Assembly (NCBI GenBank): GCA_030633595.1 | Contig: DAOVSE010000002.1 | Coordinates: 1-34,058 of the forward strand | Origin: Candidatus Altiarchaeota archaeon | GTDB lineage: Archaea; Altiarchaeota; Altiarchaeia; IMC4; QMZM01 | Reading direction: 5' to 3' | DNA: 34,058 nucleotides | In this document: in pieces, positions 7,987 through 17,530 of the stretch | Numbering within the stretch: position 1 is the stretch's first letter | How the letters are laid out: every line of letters begins with the position of its first letter | Made by a program: the position numbers and the translations under genes | The notes under the pieces: generated by a model | Told to the model about the DNA's origin: nothing | The model's database searches: none | The model's input: only the letters and a program-made list of their open reading frames with translations

Positions 7987-8358
7987 ATGGTCGCGCCAAG
8001 ATATAGATCGAGATCTAAGAAAAGAAGGCAGGTGAGAATCCCTGGAGGGAAGACGGTAATCCGTTATAAAAGAAAAAAACCTAGCAGAAACCATTGCGGG
8101 AGGTGTGGAAAGCCCCTCTCAGGAGTGCCGAACTATATCCCTTCAGAGATGGGGAAACTCGGTAAGAGCAAGAAGATTCCAGAGAGACCTTATGCGGGTG
8201 TTCTGTGTAATGAATGTGTTGAAAGACTATTCAGGTATAAGACGAGATTTGAGGTAAGGTTCAAGTATCCGGAATTTAAGGATATGGAACTGAAGAGGGA
8301 CCTGACCATAGAGAGATTTTTACCTGCAACGTGGTGGAATGGTCTGCAGAAGAAGTAA
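7987..8358 (+). CDS. rpl34e: 50S ribosomal protein L34e with C-terminal extension
   Basis: PRYRSRS, RIPGGK, CGRCGKPLSGV and PERPYAGVLCNEC motifs. Confidence 0.93.
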   Translation: MVAPRYRSRSKKRRQVRIPGGKTVIRYKRKKPSRNHCGRCGKPLSGVPNYIPSEMGKLGKSKKIPERPYAGVLCNECVERLFRYKTRFEVRFKYPEFKDMELKRDLTIERFLPATWWNGLQKK

Positions 8359-8598
8359 TTATTTCTTCTTTTTACGTTCGCTTTTATCGACTGGTTCTTT
8401 AACTAGAAGATAGGCAACTGCAGCAATGACTACGATTATTGCCAGAGTGACTGCTGTTTTTCCTTCCAGGTTAAGCTCTATTCCATAATCTTCCAAGAAG
8501 CTCCAGATCGCTGATGTTATGCTAATGAGAAGAAGTCCGCCGAAGAACAGGATACCAAGAAGGATGAGAAAGAGGTTGAGTAGATCTCCTAATTTCAT
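8359..8598 (-). CDS. small two-TM membrane protein
   Basis: 79 aa, two hydrophobic helices and a basic tail; downstream of nurA on the same strand. Confidence 0.6.
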   Translation of the reverse strand: MKLGDLLNLFLILLGILFFGGLLLISITSAIWSFLEDYGIELNLEGKTAVTLAIIVVIAAVAYLLVKEPVDKSERKKKK

Positions 8599-8627
8599 GT
8601 ATATCTATTGGAAGGGGGTATAATAAT

Positions 8628-9653
8628 TCAGCCCTTGGGTCTTAAACCCCGTCTGGTTTCATGCAGGATGGTATCGTATAAATCAATATCTTTTTTTGAG
8701 ATATGATGGATCAGTTGCTTGGCACACCAATCTGCCAGTTTCTTTTTTATTCTTGCATCCAAGTGGGCCAGATACAGCGGCAGGGGATAGCCGTATTGCT
8801 TTGATCCCTTTGAGAGTTGTACGATCAGGGATATGATTTTGTCGAAATCATGCTCCCAATCAGGAACATCTACGCGTAGAGGATTAGAAAGATGTGTTGG
8901 TTGGACATAGACGGTCGGGAATGAAGCGATCAGGGTCGATGTTAATTTATCATCAGATTCAAAGCGAGACTGGGGGGTGAATTCGACAGTGCGATACATC
9001 TCGTTTTTTTTCAATATACGCAAAATGCAGGAATCCGTCATGAACCTTGGGAATTTTATGTCGTACTTGATTGCAAGATAGTTTGCAAAGAGCCTGGATT
9101 TACTGTCTTCGGAAACCCCCAGAACATGGACTGAGTTCTTCTTGCAAAGCTTCAAGAGTCGGACAAATTTTTTCCGGTATATCGGATATTCATCGCATTC
9201 TATGGGTTTTTTCCTTGAGTTGACGTACAATGAGCCGTCCAGAAATAGATACTCTGGAGAGTGATCTTCCACGCATTTTAGAGCAACGTCAAACTCCATT
9301 GCCCCCCGCAGAAGCTCAACCCTCTCTTTCGTATATTCATCATAATCGAGGATGTTCATATCTAAATCCCTGACGAATTTCTCACCGTTTCCTGAATCCT
9401 TGTCTAAAATCAGACCGGATGCCCTGATGAAATAAATTGCCGCCCCCAGAAGCTCTCTTATGCCCTCCCCGCCATCAACGAAACACATCCTGGCTTTTAT
9501 CCCTTTTTTGGGCGATTTCAACGGCAGGATCAAACCCTTGTCGGAGATCTTATCCCGGACTTTATCAATCTGCAGCTTGTAGCTTCTGAGATCATCGGAT
9601 ATCCTGTCCCTGCAATTTTCATAGCGTTCTAACCAGAGTGAGTAGTGACCCAT
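8628..9653 (-). CDS. nurA: NurA-family nuclease
   Basis: FVDGG, FLDGSL and GYPLPLYLAHLDARI motifs; start placed at ATG 9653 because the longer ORF runs into the divergent promoter. Confidence 0.85.
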   Translation of the reverse strand: MGHYSLWLERYENCRDRISDDLRSYKLQIDKVRDKISDKGLILPLKSPKKGIKARMCFVDGGEGIRELLGAAIYFIRASGLILDKDSGNGEKFVRDLDMNILDYDEYTKERVELLRGAMEFDVALKCVEDHSPEYLFLDGSLYVNSRKKPIECDEYPIYRKKFVRLLKLCKKNSVHVLGVSEDSKSRLFANYLAIKYDIKFPRFMTDSCILRILKKNEMYRTVEFTPQSRFESDDKLTSTLIASFPTVYVQPTHLSNPLRVDVPDWEHDFDKIISLIVQLSKGSKQYGYPLPLYLAHLDARIKKKLADWCAKQLIHHISKKDIDLYDTILHETRRGLRPKG

Positions 9654-9682
9654 GTTTCCTAATAGATATATTAACCTGCGGC

Positions 9683-9793
9683 TTTTTATACCTTGAATAT
9701 CTAAATATTTACAATATTTCATATATTCGAAAAATAGTAAATATCAAGAAATTTCCTTCAGAAATTTCTACTGTCCTGTAATTAAAATTACAG
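9683..9793 (+). promoter_or_regulatory. TATA box plus inverted repeats, candidate operator of the GbsR/MarR regulator
   Basis: TTTTTATA at 9683-9690; 16-bp imperfect IR 9705-9720/9729-9744 (14/16); perfect IR CTGTAATT-AA-AATTACAG at 9776-9793. Confidence 0.45.
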
Positions 9794-9803
9794 TACATCC
9801 AGA

Positions 9804-10328
9804 ATGTCTAAGATAACAGACGATGTTAAGGCCGAAATTACTAACGGTTATATGAGCCTCTGTGAGAGCTTCGGGATCAATCCAACGGTCGGAAGGATTT
9901 ATACCGTTATTTTTTTCTCAGACAAAGCGCTTGGATTGGATGAAATAGCTGCCGAGACAGGTTATAGCGTCTCTACGATCTCTAAGTCTATGAATATCTC
10001 GGAGAATATATTCGATATCAGGAGATTCAGAAACCCCGGGAGCAAGAAGGTGTATTTCGAATGTGAGCATTCTGCAATAGCAGCTATAAGAAAGGCATTT
10101 TTCGAGGTTTTGGGGAAGAATATAGAGGATATGGCAAGGATTATAGATGGGTGCGAGATAAAATTAAGAGAGGATGAGAGCGAGAAATCAAGGGCTTATC
10201 TGAGAAACGTCCAGAAGCTGAAGAAGGATTATGAGGCTATAAACAGATTGCTTGAGCTCATGTCAGGGCCCTATAAATTCGATGAATCCAAGATTGTTAA
10301 AGATCAAGAGAATGGAACCCAAAATTGA
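9804..10328 (+). CDS. GbsR/MarR family transcriptional regulator
   Basis: FGINPTVGRIY...LGLDEIAAETGYSVSTISKSM...PGSKKVYF winged-HTH pattern. Confidence 0.88.
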   Translation: MSKITDDVKAEITNGYMSLCESFGINPTVGRIYTVIFFSDKALGLDEIAAETGYSVSTISKSMNISENIFDIRRFRNPGSKKVYFECEHSAIAAIRKAFFEVLGKNIEDMARIIDGCEIKLREDESEKSRAYLRNVQKLKKDYEAINRLLELMSGPYKFDESKIVKDQENGTQN

Positions 10329-11001
10329 AACTGAACCGATCATAGAACTCAGAGATGTCTGGAAGATCTACAAGATGGGCGACGTGGAGGTTCCGGCATT
10401 GAGAGGACTTACTATGAAGGTGTACCCATATGAGTTTGTAGCCATAATGGGATCCTCAGGATCTGGGAAAAGCACAGCAATGAACATGGTAGGCTGCCTT
10501 GACGTACCTACCCGAGGAGAAATCTACCTAGACGGAGAGGACATCTCCAAGCTCGATGAATCAGACCTCGCCCAGATTCGTGGAAGGAAAATCGGTTTCA
10601 TATTCCAGACATTCAACCTCATGCCCGGCCTAACAGCGATAGAGAACGTGATGCTGCCGATGACCTTCCAGGACATTCCAAGGTATCAGAGAGAGAAAAG
10701 GGCAAAGAAACTGCTGGAGGAGGTTGGTTTGGGAGAGCGGATGTATCATAAGCCAACCGAGCTTTCAGGGGGAGAGCAGCAGAGGGTCGCTATAGCAAGA
10801 TCCCTGGCAAATAATCCCGAGGTTATTTTGGCTGATGAGCCCACTGGAAACCTTGATTCAAAAATGGGGAAAGAGATAATGGAGATGCTATCAAAACTAC
10901 ACAGCGGTAATGGGAAGACCATTGTCATGGTAACACACGATGAGAGCCTTTCAAGGTACGCTGATAGAATAATCCATCTCAGAGATGGTAAAACAATATG
11001 A
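10312..11001 (+). CDS. ABC transporter ATP-binding protein (LolD/MacB type)
   Basis: [37 protein letters not shown]; ATG at 10312 preferred. Confidence 0.95.
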   Translation: MEPKIETEPIIELRDVWKIYKMGDVEVPALRGLTMKVYPYEFVAIMGSSGSGKSTAMNMVGCLDVPTRGEIYLDGEDISKLDESDLAQIRGRKIGFIFQTFNLMPGLTAIENVMLPMTFQDIPRYQREKRAKKLLEEVGLGERMYHKPTELSGGEQQRVAIARSLANNPEVILADEPTGNLDSKMGKEIMEMLSKLHSGNGKTIVMVTHDESLSRYADRIIHLRDGKTI

Positions 11002-11014
11002 GGAGGTATTTAAA

Positions 11015-12322
11015 ATGAATATGAAAAAAATTTTTGTTATGGGAATTTTGATTTTTTGTTTTTTTGGAACCGTTAACGGAGACATAAGGTCAGAGATAAG
11101 GATTGATTCCATGATGTGGGATCCATCATATATAGAGGCGGGTGACGACGTTACAGTGTATATGAAATTCGTCAACCGTCCTATTGAGAGGACATGGGCC
11201 GTTCAAAACCCGGATAATATAGCGAGGGAAGAGAATCACGAAGTCTTTTATAAGGCAAAGCTTGAGCCGGCGGACGATCTCGCTGAGAAATACGTGATTA
11301 TCAAGAAAGACACAAAGAATGTCGGGCATCTCTTCATTGGAGAGAGCTGGACAACACCATTTGATATAAAAATAAGAGATAATGCGATAGCAACCTCTTA
11401 TAAGATGAAGTTCTCTGTCATGGAGACGGACATAGATGGAACAGATGAGGAAGTTGTAAAGTTCCATGAATTCGATCTCCCGGTCAGGGGGATGGTCAAG
11501 TTCGATGTTGACTCAGACAATACCGTGAGGTTAGGTAGTATAAGTGATGTAACAGTCAATGTCAAAAACGAGGGAGGGGGTAATGCGAAACATGTGATGG
11601 TTAAACTGGATCTTACAAGCCCCTTCACACCGGTAAGAACCTCTGAGTTGTATGTCGGGGATTTCATGGCTGGAGAAGATAAGGATATAACCTTCAAGGT
11701 TTCAGTGGACAGTGAAACAGAAGCTATGGTATACAAGATTCCGTTGACGATAAAGTATATCAATGCGAATGGATCAGAAAAACAGGTAAGTAAGGATATC
11801 GGAGTGAGGATAGATGCAACCCCCGATCTGACAATAGGCTTAGAAAGCGCGGATACCTTTACACAGGGAAGCAAAGGGGAGGTATCGATAGAAGTGGTAA
11901 ACGAGGGCTTCGTTGATGCAAAATTTGTAAAATTGACTCTTGAACCAACCGATGACTACACGGTGACCTCTATAAATGAATTTTACATCGGAAATCTTGA
12001 TTCAGACGATATCGAAACAGATGAGTTCACCATAGAGGTAAGTGATTCAGTGGACAAAGAAACAATACCCCTGAAGGTTAAATTGCAGTACAAAGGGGAT
12101 GGAAGTGACGCAAAGTATACACACGAGGGCACAGTCAACCTTAAGGTTCTTTCAAAAGAAGAGTATGCTGCGAAGTTTCAGGCAGACGGAGCCTCTTCGA
12201 TGATCTTCGGGCTATTGATGGCGGTACCAGTGCTCTTCATCGTAATATTGGTTGTGTGGTTCATCATTAAACTCCTTGGATTAGTTACCGGCTTCCTGAA
12301 CAGGAAACTCTTCTCCAAGTAA
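11015..12322 (+). CDS. COG1361-type S-layer/Ig-like domain membrane protein
   Basis: Signal peptide, repeated beta-rich modules (NEGGGNAKHV, YVGDF, YIGNLDSDD), C-terminal TM; GAGGAGG RBS before ATG 11015; typical partner of these ABC operons. Confidence 0.8.
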   Translation: MNMKKIFVMGILIFCFFGTVNGDIRSEIRIDSMMWDPSYIEAGDDVTVYMKFVNRPIERTWAVQNPDNIAREENHEVFYKAKLEPADDLAEKYVIIKKDTKNVGHLFIGESWTTPFDIKIRDNAIATSYKMKFSVMETDIDGTDEEVVKFHEFDLPVRGMVKFDVDSDNTVRLGSISDVTVNVKNEGGGNAKHVMVKLDLTSPFTPVRTSELYVGDFMAGEDKDITFKVSVDSETEAMVYKIPLTIKYINANGSEKQVSKDIGVRIDATPDLTIGLESADTFTQGSKGEVSIEVVNEGFVDAKFVKLTLEPTDDYTVTSINEFYIGNLDSDDIETDEFTIEVSDSVDKETIPLKVKLQYKGDGSDAKYTHEGTVNLKVLSKEEYAAKFQADGASSMIFGLLMAVPVLFIVILVVWFIIKLLGLVTGFLNRKLFSK

Positions 12323-12358
12323 TTTCCTGTTGTCTTTAATTTTTTAACTGAGAGGAGA

Positions 12359-13576
12359 ATGATTGCGGATTATCTTAAGCTAGCAATAGATGGGATCATG
12401 CATAGAAAGCTCAGAAGCTGGCTGACCATGGTGGGAATATTTATAGGTATTATTGCCGTCGTTGCACTTATTTCTCTTGGTCAGGGATTACAGAAGGTCA
12501 TTGATGAACAGTTCGAGATGGTTGGCGGTGATAGAATCATTGTAACTCCCGGAGGGGGAACATTTGGAGCTATTGGAGGAAGCTTTGTCTCGGCCAAACT
12601 ACACAAAAGCGACCTCGACGTTATAGAGAAGGTGAGGGGTGTTGATTCCGCAGTAGGTGTTATAATTGCAACCGGAAACGTAAAGGCAGATGACAAACGG
12701 ATAGTTGTTTCCATCTTTGGAGCACCAACCGATCCGAAATATCAAAAGCTGTTAAGACAGATTGATTTCTTTGCTGTGGATGAGGGCAGGTACCTTAAGG
12801 AGGGGGACAAATACAAGGCACAGGTGGGGGTTAGAACACGTGACTTCTTTGATACCGATATTGGCGTAGGGGATAAAATAAAGTTAGAGGGGATAATGTT
12901 CGATGTTGTAGGAAAAAACAAGAAGACAGGAAATCCTTTTCATGATAGTAAGATAACAATACCAATTGAGACGGCACAGGAGTTGTTCAACAAAAGCGAT
13001 GAATATTCATCAATCATGATCAAGGTTGAAAAGGGCTCTGATATAGATGAGGTTGCTGAAAACATTAAAGAGAAGCTACGGAGGCATAGAGGTGTGAAAG
13101 AGGATGAGGAGGATTTTACTGTTGAAACCGCTGAAAATGTTGTAGGGGTATTTAAAGACGTCTTTAGTCTGGTGACTGGCTTTCTGGCAGGTATTGCCGC
13201 AATTTCGCTTTTTGTGGGTGGAATCGGGATTATGACCACAATGTATACCTCGATTCTTGAGAGAACACATCAGATAGGCATAATGAAAGCGGTGGGGGCG
13301 AGAAATTCAGACATACAGCTTATGTTCCTTATAGAGTCAGGAATGCTCGGTCTTGTTGGAGGGATAATAGGTGTAATTCTTGGTTTACTTCTGAGCAAAT
13401 TCGCGGAATATCTTGTTGTGAATTACGGTGGCATAGATATCTTCAGAGTGTATGCCTCCCCCGAACTTATCATAGGCGCTTTGTTATTTTCATTCCTTGT
13501 TGGTTGTTTTTCAGGTTATCTGCCGGCCAGGAGGGCATCGAAAATGCATCCCGTGGAGGCTTTAAGACATGGATGA
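12359..13576 (+). CDS. ABC transporter permease (MacB/FtsX family)
   Basis: RSWLTMVGIFIG, ERTHQIGIMKAVGA, PARRASKMHPVEALR. Confidence 0.93.
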   Translation: MIADYLKLAIDGIMHRKLRSWLTMVGIFIGIIAVVALISLGQGLQKVIDEQFEMVGGDRIIVTPGGGTFGAIGGSFVSAKLHKSDLDVIEKVRGVDSAVGVIIATGNVKADDKRIVVSIFGAPTDPKYQKLLRQIDFFAVDEGRYLKEGDKYKAQVGVRTRDFFDTDIGVGDKIKLEGIMFDVVGKNKKTGNPFHDSKITIPIETAQELFNKSDEYSSIMIKVEKGSDIDEVAENIKEKLRRHRGVKEDEEDFTVETAENVVGVFKDVFSLVTGFLAGIAAISLFVGGIGIMTTMYTSILERTHQIGIMKAVGARNSDIQLMFLIESGMLGLVGGIIGVILGLLLSKFAEYLVVNYGGIDIFRVYASPELIIGALLFSFLVGCFSGYLPARRASKMHPVEALRHG

Positions 13577-13645
13577 ACCCTTTACTTTACAAAGTCAATA
13601 GATTAAAATGAATAAGTGGGAGGTAATAAAGGAGTAATCAATTCA

Positions 13646-13701
13646 GACCTATCTTCGCTAACGCTCGATAGGTCCTTTGATGAAACTTTAATAAAGTTTC
13701 A
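13646..13701. repeat. composite palindromic element (two hairpins)
   Basis: GACCTATC-TTCGCTAACGCTC-GATAGGTC followed by TGAAACTTTA-A-TAAAGTTTCA; related to elements at 4466 and 25316. Confidence 0.7.
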
Positions 13702-14913
13702 ATGATTGAGGATTTTTTCACACTCTCGATTAGGAGTATAAGAGGCAGGGGAATCAGGAGCTGGCTGACTATGCTGGGGATCTTTGTGGGGATAGCGGCT
13801 ATTGTATCATTAATTTCCTTAGGAGAGGGCCTGGAGGATGCCCTAACTGAACAGTTTGAGTTGTTGGGTAAGGATATAGTCTATGTGATCCCGGGAGGGA
13901 TGGTTGAAATGCTTTCCGGTGGAACGGCATCACTAAACGACCACGATCTTGATGTGATAATGGATGTTCGTGGCGTTGATCAAGCAGGTGGTATGATGGC
14001 CAAGTACGCTAAGGTAAAATTCAAGGATGAAGTGATATATGCCTTTGTTGCAGGCCTAGACCCAGGGACTCAGGAGATCATGCTGGAAAGTAGTGGAATG
14101 AAAGTCCTGAGGGGACAGAAGAAATTCAGGGAAAACGACAGGTACAAAGCTCTCATAGGCTACGAGTACTGGGCAGGTAACGTCTTCGACAGGCCAGTGG
14201 GGGTAGGTGATAGATTCACCTTAAACGACAAAAAATTCGAGGTAGTTGGTGAGGTGAGCAGGGTAGGTAACCCAGAGGATGACAAAAATATATATATTCC
14301 AGCGAAGACGGCACAGGAGCTCTTCGACATCAAGGACGAATACTTGACTGCTATTGTGAAAGTTAAAGCAAACTATGAAACAGACGATGTCGCAGAAGAC
14401 ATAGAGGAAGCACTAAGAAAGGATAGGGGCCTTAAAAAAGGGGAGGAGGACTTCCAGGTTCAGAGCTTGGAGCAGATGATGGATACCACCTCTATTGTTT
14501 TAGATGCTGTGCAGTGGGTTGTTGTTGCAATAGCGTTAATCTCGCTCTTTGTGGGAGGCGTAGGGATAATGAATACCATGTATACTTCAGTTCTTGAAAG
14601 AACTCAGGAGATTGGTGTCATGAAGGCTGTGGGGGCGAGAAATTCTGACATATTGCTTCTGTTTCTCATAGAGTCAGGCACCATTGGGATGGTTGGAGGT
14701 GCTGTAGGTTGTTTGATTGGGGCATCTATAAGTAAAGGTTTTGAGTATATTGCTGTAACGCAATTTGACATAGTCTTGATTAAGGCAAGCATCACCCCGG
14801 AGCTTATTCTTGGGGCTTTAGCATTCTCTTTTCTGGTAGGTAGCATCTCGGGCGTTCTTCCTGCAAGGCAGGCCGCTAAATTAAAGCCTGTGGATGCATT
14901 GAGGTATGAGTGA
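13702..14913 (+). CDS. ABC transporter permease (MacB/FtsX family), second paralog
   Basis: RSWLTMLGIFVG, ERTQEIGVMKAVGA, PARQAAKLKPVDALRYE. Confidence 0.93.
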   Translation: MIEDFFTLSIRSIRGRGIRSWLTMLGIFVGIAAIVSLISLGEGLEDALTEQFELLGKDIVYVIPGGMVEMLSGGTASLNDHDLDVIMDVRGVDQAGGMMAKYAKVKFKDEVIYAFVAGLDPGTQEIMLESSGMKVLRGQKKFRENDRYKALIGYEYWAGNVFDRPVGVGDRFTLNDKKFEVVGEVSRVGNPEDDKNIYIPAKTAQELFDIKDEYLTAIVKVKANYETDDVAEDIEEALRKDRGLKKGEEDFQVQSLEQMMDTTSIVLDAVQWVVVAIALISLFVGGVGIMNTMYTSVLERTQEIGVMKAVGARNSDILLLFLIESGTIGMVGGAVGCLIGASISKGFEYIAVTQFDIVLIKASITPELILGALAFSFLVGSISGVLPARQAAKLKPVDALRYE

Positions 14914-15062
14914 ATTAGATCAGGATTGAGGGAGGGGTCAGGATATACCTAAAACTGGGGGGGAGCCCCCCCCGCGGTTTGGATGCGCTGAGATATGAAT
15001 GGAATTCCATCGTATGAATTAGTAGAGGGTGATATTAATCTGTTTATTTTGAATAGATAAAC

Positions 15063-16202
15063 ATGAAGGATATAATCATAGTCTCCGTGTTTATAGTACT
15101 TAGCGGTGTGGTTGCGATGGAGATAGGTATTATCACCGCTATCGCAGAGTTAATGGCGGGTATACTCGTCCAGCTAATGCTCGAGCAGGGTATGGTATCA
15201 TTTCAAACCCCCGAGATGATAGGGGTCCTCGCCAACATAGGACTATTGACGTTAATGTATATTGCCGGCCTGGAAATAGACTTTGATTTGCTGCGAACAA
15301 AATTTAAGAAGAGTATTATTATGGGGACGTCGTCCTTTATTTTCCCTTTCACAGCAATATTAATCCTGGCAACCTATGTTGTTCCACTATTCCTTCCCAT
15401 AAATAGCAACCAGGCACTTTTATCTGCAATCATAATATCATCGACCTCTGTTGCAATAATATATCCCATATTAAAGAAGAGGAGTGGGGGAGAGTTGGGT
15501 GAGGAAGAGCAGTTGATGCTTGGAGCGGCTATGATAGGGGAATTATTTACCATATCCATCTGGACTGTTTTCTTCTCGACACTGTCATGGGTGCTTATCG
15601 CATTCATTATCTTCCTGCTTATCTTCACTTTCCTGTTCCCTTATCTCGGCAGAAAGATATTCTCTCGATTCAAGGGGAATGTATCAGAGTTTGAATTTAA
15701 ATTAATTCTATTGCTGATACTTGTGATTGCAGTGTTCTCTGAAAAAGCAGGGATAGAGGCAGCAGTTATAGCCTTCTTGGTGGGGGTTGTCACCTCAGAA
15801 CTTGTAATTGAACACGAGAAGCTGTATGACAAACTGAATGGTATAGTATTTGGATTCTTTGCCCCGATATTCTTTTTCAATGTAGGTTTGAACATCGAAA
15901 TTACGTATCTAATTCATGACCTTTGGGCGCTTCTGCTCTTAGTTTTGTTGGTTTTAGTAGGATTTGCTGCCACATATTCAGGTGTTTATCTCGCTGGAAG
16001 ATTTATTGTACCAGACATTTCAGGATATACTGCAAAATTATTTAACTCAAACCTAACCATCGGAGTGGTTATCTCCATCTTCGGATATGAATCAGGCATC
16101 CTTACTCAGGGAATTTTTTGTGTTTTAGTGGGAGCGGTTTTATTAATGACCCTGATCTCATCCTTCATGGTCAGGCAGAGGGTTGTGGATATTGAAGGGT
16201 GA
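15063..16202 (+). CDS. cation:proton antiporter (CPA2/Kef-type membrane domain)
   Basis: Multi-TM protein; LMYIAGLEID, SSTSVAI, GFFAPIFFFNVG. Confidence 0.85.
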   Translation: MKDIIIVSVFIVLSGVVAMEIGIITAIAELMAGILVQLMLEQGMVSFQTPEMIGVLANIGLLTLMYIAGLEIDFDLLRTKFKKSIIMGTSSFIFPFTAILILATYVVPLFLPINSNQALLSAIIISSTSVAIIYPILKKRSGGELGEEEQLMLGAAMIGELFTISIWTVFFSTLSWVLIAFIIFLLIFTFLFPYLGRKIFSRFKGNVSEFEFKLILLLILVIAVFSEKAGIEAAVIAFLVGVVTSELVIEHEKLYDKLNGIVFGFFAPIFFFNVGLNIEITYLIHDLWALLLLVLLVLVGFAATYSGVYLAGRFIVPDISGYTAKLFNSNLTIGVVISIFGYESGILTQGIFCVLVGAVLLMTLISSFMVRQRVVDIEG

Positions 16203-16270
16203 TAATATTTAAGGAAAAAGTCAAGTGATAGCAAGATAATAGATTGAGATAACAGATTTACTTTATATGG

Positions 16271-16342
16271 TGCATCTCCAGTGTACTCCTCACAAGGCAG
16301 GCCACTCAAGTGAAACCGGTGGATGCGCTGAGGTATGAATAA
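16271..16342 (+). pseudogene. 3'-end remnant of an ABC permease gene
   Basis: Translates CISSVLLTRQATQVKPVDALRYE*, versus SISGVLPARQAAKLKPVDALRYE* at 14842-14913. Confidence 0.8.
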
Positions 16343-16391
16343 AATCTGGCACATTTTTTACTACAAGACCATATTATATACCTGATAAACG

Positions 16392-17348
16392 ATGCCGTTT
16401 TCGATCATAATCCTCTTACAGTTTCTGGGTGCATGCATAATCTTGGTAATCAGCGCGGAGCTCTTAGCGAAGGCTCTTCTGAGGATAGCACAATACTACA
16501 GGTTAAGTGAATTTGTTATCGGATTTATGGTTATAGCATTTGCAACCACCATACCAGAGTTATTCATCGGTATTACCTCCGCATTGAATCAGAATTCTGC
16601 CCTTGCATTGGGTAATGTCATCGGTGCAAACATAATAGATCTAACACTGGTTATTGGAATCGTTACGATCCTGAGAGGCGGTATCAAGATAGAGACCAAG
16701 GCGGTAAGGACAGATACCTTATATATGTTTTTCATCGTTATGCTGCCATTAATCCTGATGTTAGACCAGAAGATATGTAGGTTAGATGGCTGTATTCTGT
16801 TGATAGCATTTCTCCTGTATGTTCTAAGGTTAATTACGCAGGAAAAGAGATTTAAAGAAAAGATGGAGAGAGTACCCAAAAAAGAATTCATTCTGGATAT
16901 AATGATCTCATGTATTAGCATCGTATTCCTTTTCTTTAGCTCCGGTTTAGTCGTAGAATATGCCTCTGAACTGGCGATGGAGCTTGTGGTGCCTCCAATT
17001 TTAATCGGATTGTTTTTTATATCATTCGGAACTACTCTGCCGGAATTGATGTTCGAGGCCAAATCCATTTTAACGAGACATAGATATATGGCGCTGGGCG
17101 ATCTGATAGGTAACGTCGTTGCCAAATCCACATTGGTTCTGGGCATAACTGCAATAATCTATCCGATAGAGGCGAATTTCATATTATTCCTGACGAGTTC
17201 CTTCTTTATGTTAATTGTTGCATTTTTATTCACGACATTTATAGATGTTGAAAAACACATACTGGTACAGGAGGGCATAGCATTAATAATCCTGTATATC
17301 CTCTTTATAATTGTCGAATTCAATATAAGATTACTCGGGATTTCATAG
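16392..17348 (+). CDS. Na+/Ca2+ antiporter (CaCA, YrbG-like)
   Basis: Alpha repeats AFATTIPEL...GNVIGANI and SFGTTLPEL...GDLIGN. Confidence 0.9.
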   Translation: MPFSIIILLQFLGACIILVISAELLAKALLRIAQYYRLSEFVIGFMVIAFATTIPELFIGITSALNQNSALALGNVIGANIIDLTLVIGIVTILRGGIKIETKAVRTDTLYMFFIVMLPLILMLDQKICRLDGCILLIAFLLYVLRLITQEKRFKEKMERVPKKEFILDIMISCISIVFLFFSSGLVVEYASELAMELVVPPILIGLFFISFGTTLPELMFEAKSILTRHRYMALGDLIGNVVAKSTLVLGITAIIYPIEANFILFLTSSFFMLIVAFLFTTFIDVEKHILVQEGIALIILYILFIIVEFNIRLLGIS

Positions 17349-17359
17349 GATGTAAGGGG

Positions 17360-17530
17360 ATGATGAAGATCAAAAATTGCTACGGATGCGGTGGCTGTGT
17401 AGCTGTATGCCCTACAGGAGCGATAACTCTTGAGAGTGAAGTAGAGATAATAACCGAGAAATGCATTAAATGCGGAAAGTGTGAACTTGTCTGTCCTGCT
17501 GGTTTAATCACGATAGAAAATGAAAGATGA
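17360..17530 (+). CDS. 2x[4Fe-4S] ferredoxin (56 aa, not in ORF track)
   Basis: Manual translation MMKIKNCYGCGGCVAVCPTGAI...CIKCGKCELVCPAGLI with two CxxCxxCxxxCP motifs; overlaps the GGR start. Confidence 0.92.
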   Translation: MMKIKNCYGCGGCVAVCPTGAITLESEVEIITEKCIKCGKCELVCPAGLITIENER

